DNA from: Malacoraja senta
Lineage: Eukaryota
DNA length: 64,000 nucleotides
Direction of reading: 5' to 3'
Assembly (NCBI GenBank): GCA_038087875.1
Contig: CM075989.1
Location: 21,702,001-21,766,000 of the forward strand
The position numbers were made by a program, and so were the translations under genes. Under the pieces are notes generated by a model that saw only the letters and a list, made by a program, of their open reading frames with translations, was not told where the DNA came from and ran no database searches. Numbering within the stretch: position 1 is the stretch's first letter; every line of letters starts with the position of its first letter. Positions 61,983 to 64,000 of this stretch are shown here, in pieces.

Positions 61983-62500
61983 AACAATAGACAATAGGTG
62001 CAGGAGTAGGCCATTCAGCCCTTTGAGCCAGCACCGCCATTCACTGTGATCATGGCTGATCATCCACATTAAGTATGCTGTTCCTGCCTTCTCACCATAT
62101 CCCCCGACTCCGCTATCTGTAAGAGCTCTATCTAAAGGGCCTGTCCCACTTGGCCGTCATTTGCGTGTAATTTACGGGACATCATTTACACGTCACGACG
62201 CAAGTGATGCAGGCATGGTGCGCATTACGCTCGCATTGTGTGATGACATAGGCTGTGACGCGCGCCCGCGCAGGATTTTGTGATGTACAAAATCTTCGCG
62301 CAAATGACAGCCAAGTGGGACAGGCCCTTAACTCTCTCTTGAAAGCATCCAGAGAATCGGCCTCTGCTGCCTCCTGAGGCAGAGAATTCCATAGATTCAC
62401 AACTCTCCGGGTGAAAAAGTATTTCCTCATCTCCGTTCTGAATGGCCTACCCCTTATTCTTAACCTGTGGCTCCTGGTCCTGGATTCCCCCAACATGGTA
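61983..62500 (-). mobile_element. CR1 3' fragment split by a MITE
   Basis: MLGESRTRSHRLRIRGRPFRTEMRKYFFTRRVVNLWNSLPQ. Confidence 0.9.
62136..62328. mobile_element. PIF/Harbinger-type MITE
   Basis: TIR AGGGCCTGTCCCACTTGGC; exact TAA TSD; removal restores GAGCTCTATCTAACTCTCTCTT seen at ~60252-60273. Confidence 0.92.
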
Positions 62501-64000
62501 AACCTTGTGCCTTGTGGCCCTTCATATTCCCCAGTTTGCCAAATCGTCCCCTCAGCAGGCACTTTCCCCACCGCCCGTGAAAATGTTGTGTTTCCAAGTA
62601 TTTACCCAACGCTCCTCTCATTCCACTATCCTTTCAAGGCAGTGCATTCCAGATCACAACAGTTCACAGGGAGAGACAAAAGACCCTCATGCTCTCTTGC
62701 TTCTCATTCCAAGACCTAGTTAAACAGCTTAAATGACACCAAATCCTCAAACAGGGCTCTGAATTCCGTCTTTTACGATTTATCCCGACAGAAGGTGACA
62801 GACCAGCAGCCTCTCGGTGTTTATAGAGTTTTTTTTTATTTTTTTTTTAACTTGAGACGAAGCAATTACTAGTTGAATAATTAGAGTACCCAAATTGTGT
62901 TTTTCGTACTAATTCAGTGAGGGGCTCTGATCTTAAATTGCACACAGACTTTCCCTGGAAAAATACTAATTCAAGACTAATTTGACTACCTTTTCTGCCC
63001 CAACGGCTCGCAGGTTCCCATGAGAAAGAAAGAGTCCAAAACAAACAGCAAAGCCAATAAACAAGCTCACCTCACTGTGAAAAGTACAAATGAAATTAGC
63101 CTCTTGCGAGATAGCAAAGATGTTTCAACTCACTGCAATAATGTCACGCCGGTAAGGAAATGTTGTCTTTTGGGATGAAAAATAGCGCATAAGCATTCAG
63201 CTGAGCTCTATTCATCTTTAGCTCCTGTCGAACCCAGCCACAAAAGGATGCAACTACTGGACCAGCCCCTTTAGACCTGCTCTCTAGAGATGGACAGTGA
63301 CTGCTACTTTCAGTTGTCAGACTCTTTGTAGCAGCTACTAGTTTATGATGCTCATGTCAAGCATTTTAGTCAATGAGCACTTTGTCCGGGGCCCTGGCTA
63401 GGGCAGTGGGAAAACTGCCCACTCCTATCTCATCCCCATCCATCTCCCTCCAGTCTGTTGTCCACTTTTCTACTCCTCGGATAGTGAGGGGTCCCCAGTT
63501 AATGTACTGGAAAATTGCTCCGCATGTTTATGGGAGCCTGTTAAATGAAAGAAATAATAAAATTCACTTGGAGAGAGACGGGTTTTTTCCCCCCACTGAA
63601 CTCGTGGAGCGGCCCGTTGCTTGTCGATTGTGACCCCTCTTAAAAGATGTTGAATAGGATTCCAGAGGTGTGTGCAACAGTCTGTCCTTGCTGCACTTCC
63701 CACTTGATTTTGCTTTCACAATGGGGCCCATTTTAGCACTTTTACTCTGCAACATTCCAGTTGCACATTGCAAACTGAAACACGCTCCTTAATGCAAATG
63801 ATAAGATGGGAAAAATTAAATATTTAGCTGGTTTTCAAAGACTGGATAAACATTTTGCCTTCAAAGTGAGCATAAAGTAACCTTATTGTTTGTCGTATGT
63901 CTTATTATTTTATTATACATTAACGAATAATGTTTTTTGCACGACTGATAGATTGTTAGACCTGAAATACTCAATGAATGCAAATTTAATGAATAAGAAA

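Overview
Non-coding vertebrate DNA, most likely from a cartilaginous fish (skate/ray-like; inferred from repeat content, not from a search). I can support no host protein-coding exon, rRNA, true tRNA or CRISPR array; the listed ORFs are transposon fragments, simple repeats or chance frames. The window is dominated by often nested mobile elements: roughly 40 HE1/V-SINE-type tRNA-derived SINEs, many 5'-truncated CR1 LINEs, Rex1/Babar, L1 and L2 3' ends, Penelope-like (GIY-YIG) fragments, PIF/Harbinger-type MITEs with TTA/TAA duplications, hAT, Tigger-like and Academ-like elements, a probable solo LTR and old Deu-domain SINEs. The most notable signals are RNA-structural: (1) a ~142-nt retroposon (44864-45005, minus) whose first 54 nt fold into a complete minimal HDV/CPEB3-like self-cleaving ribozyme, followed by a hairpin body and (GAA)n tail; (2) many minimal hammerhead motifs in Penelope-derived repeats, including a fold-back subfamily with a 33-bp VNTR; (3) an ungapped 97-bp inverted repeat outside recognisable repeats (56399-56495 / 57915-58011) whose transitions are mostly G.U-compatible on the + strand. 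Repeat boundaries without a TSD are approximate, family names come from recalled motifs, and not every SINE/LINE copy is listed.
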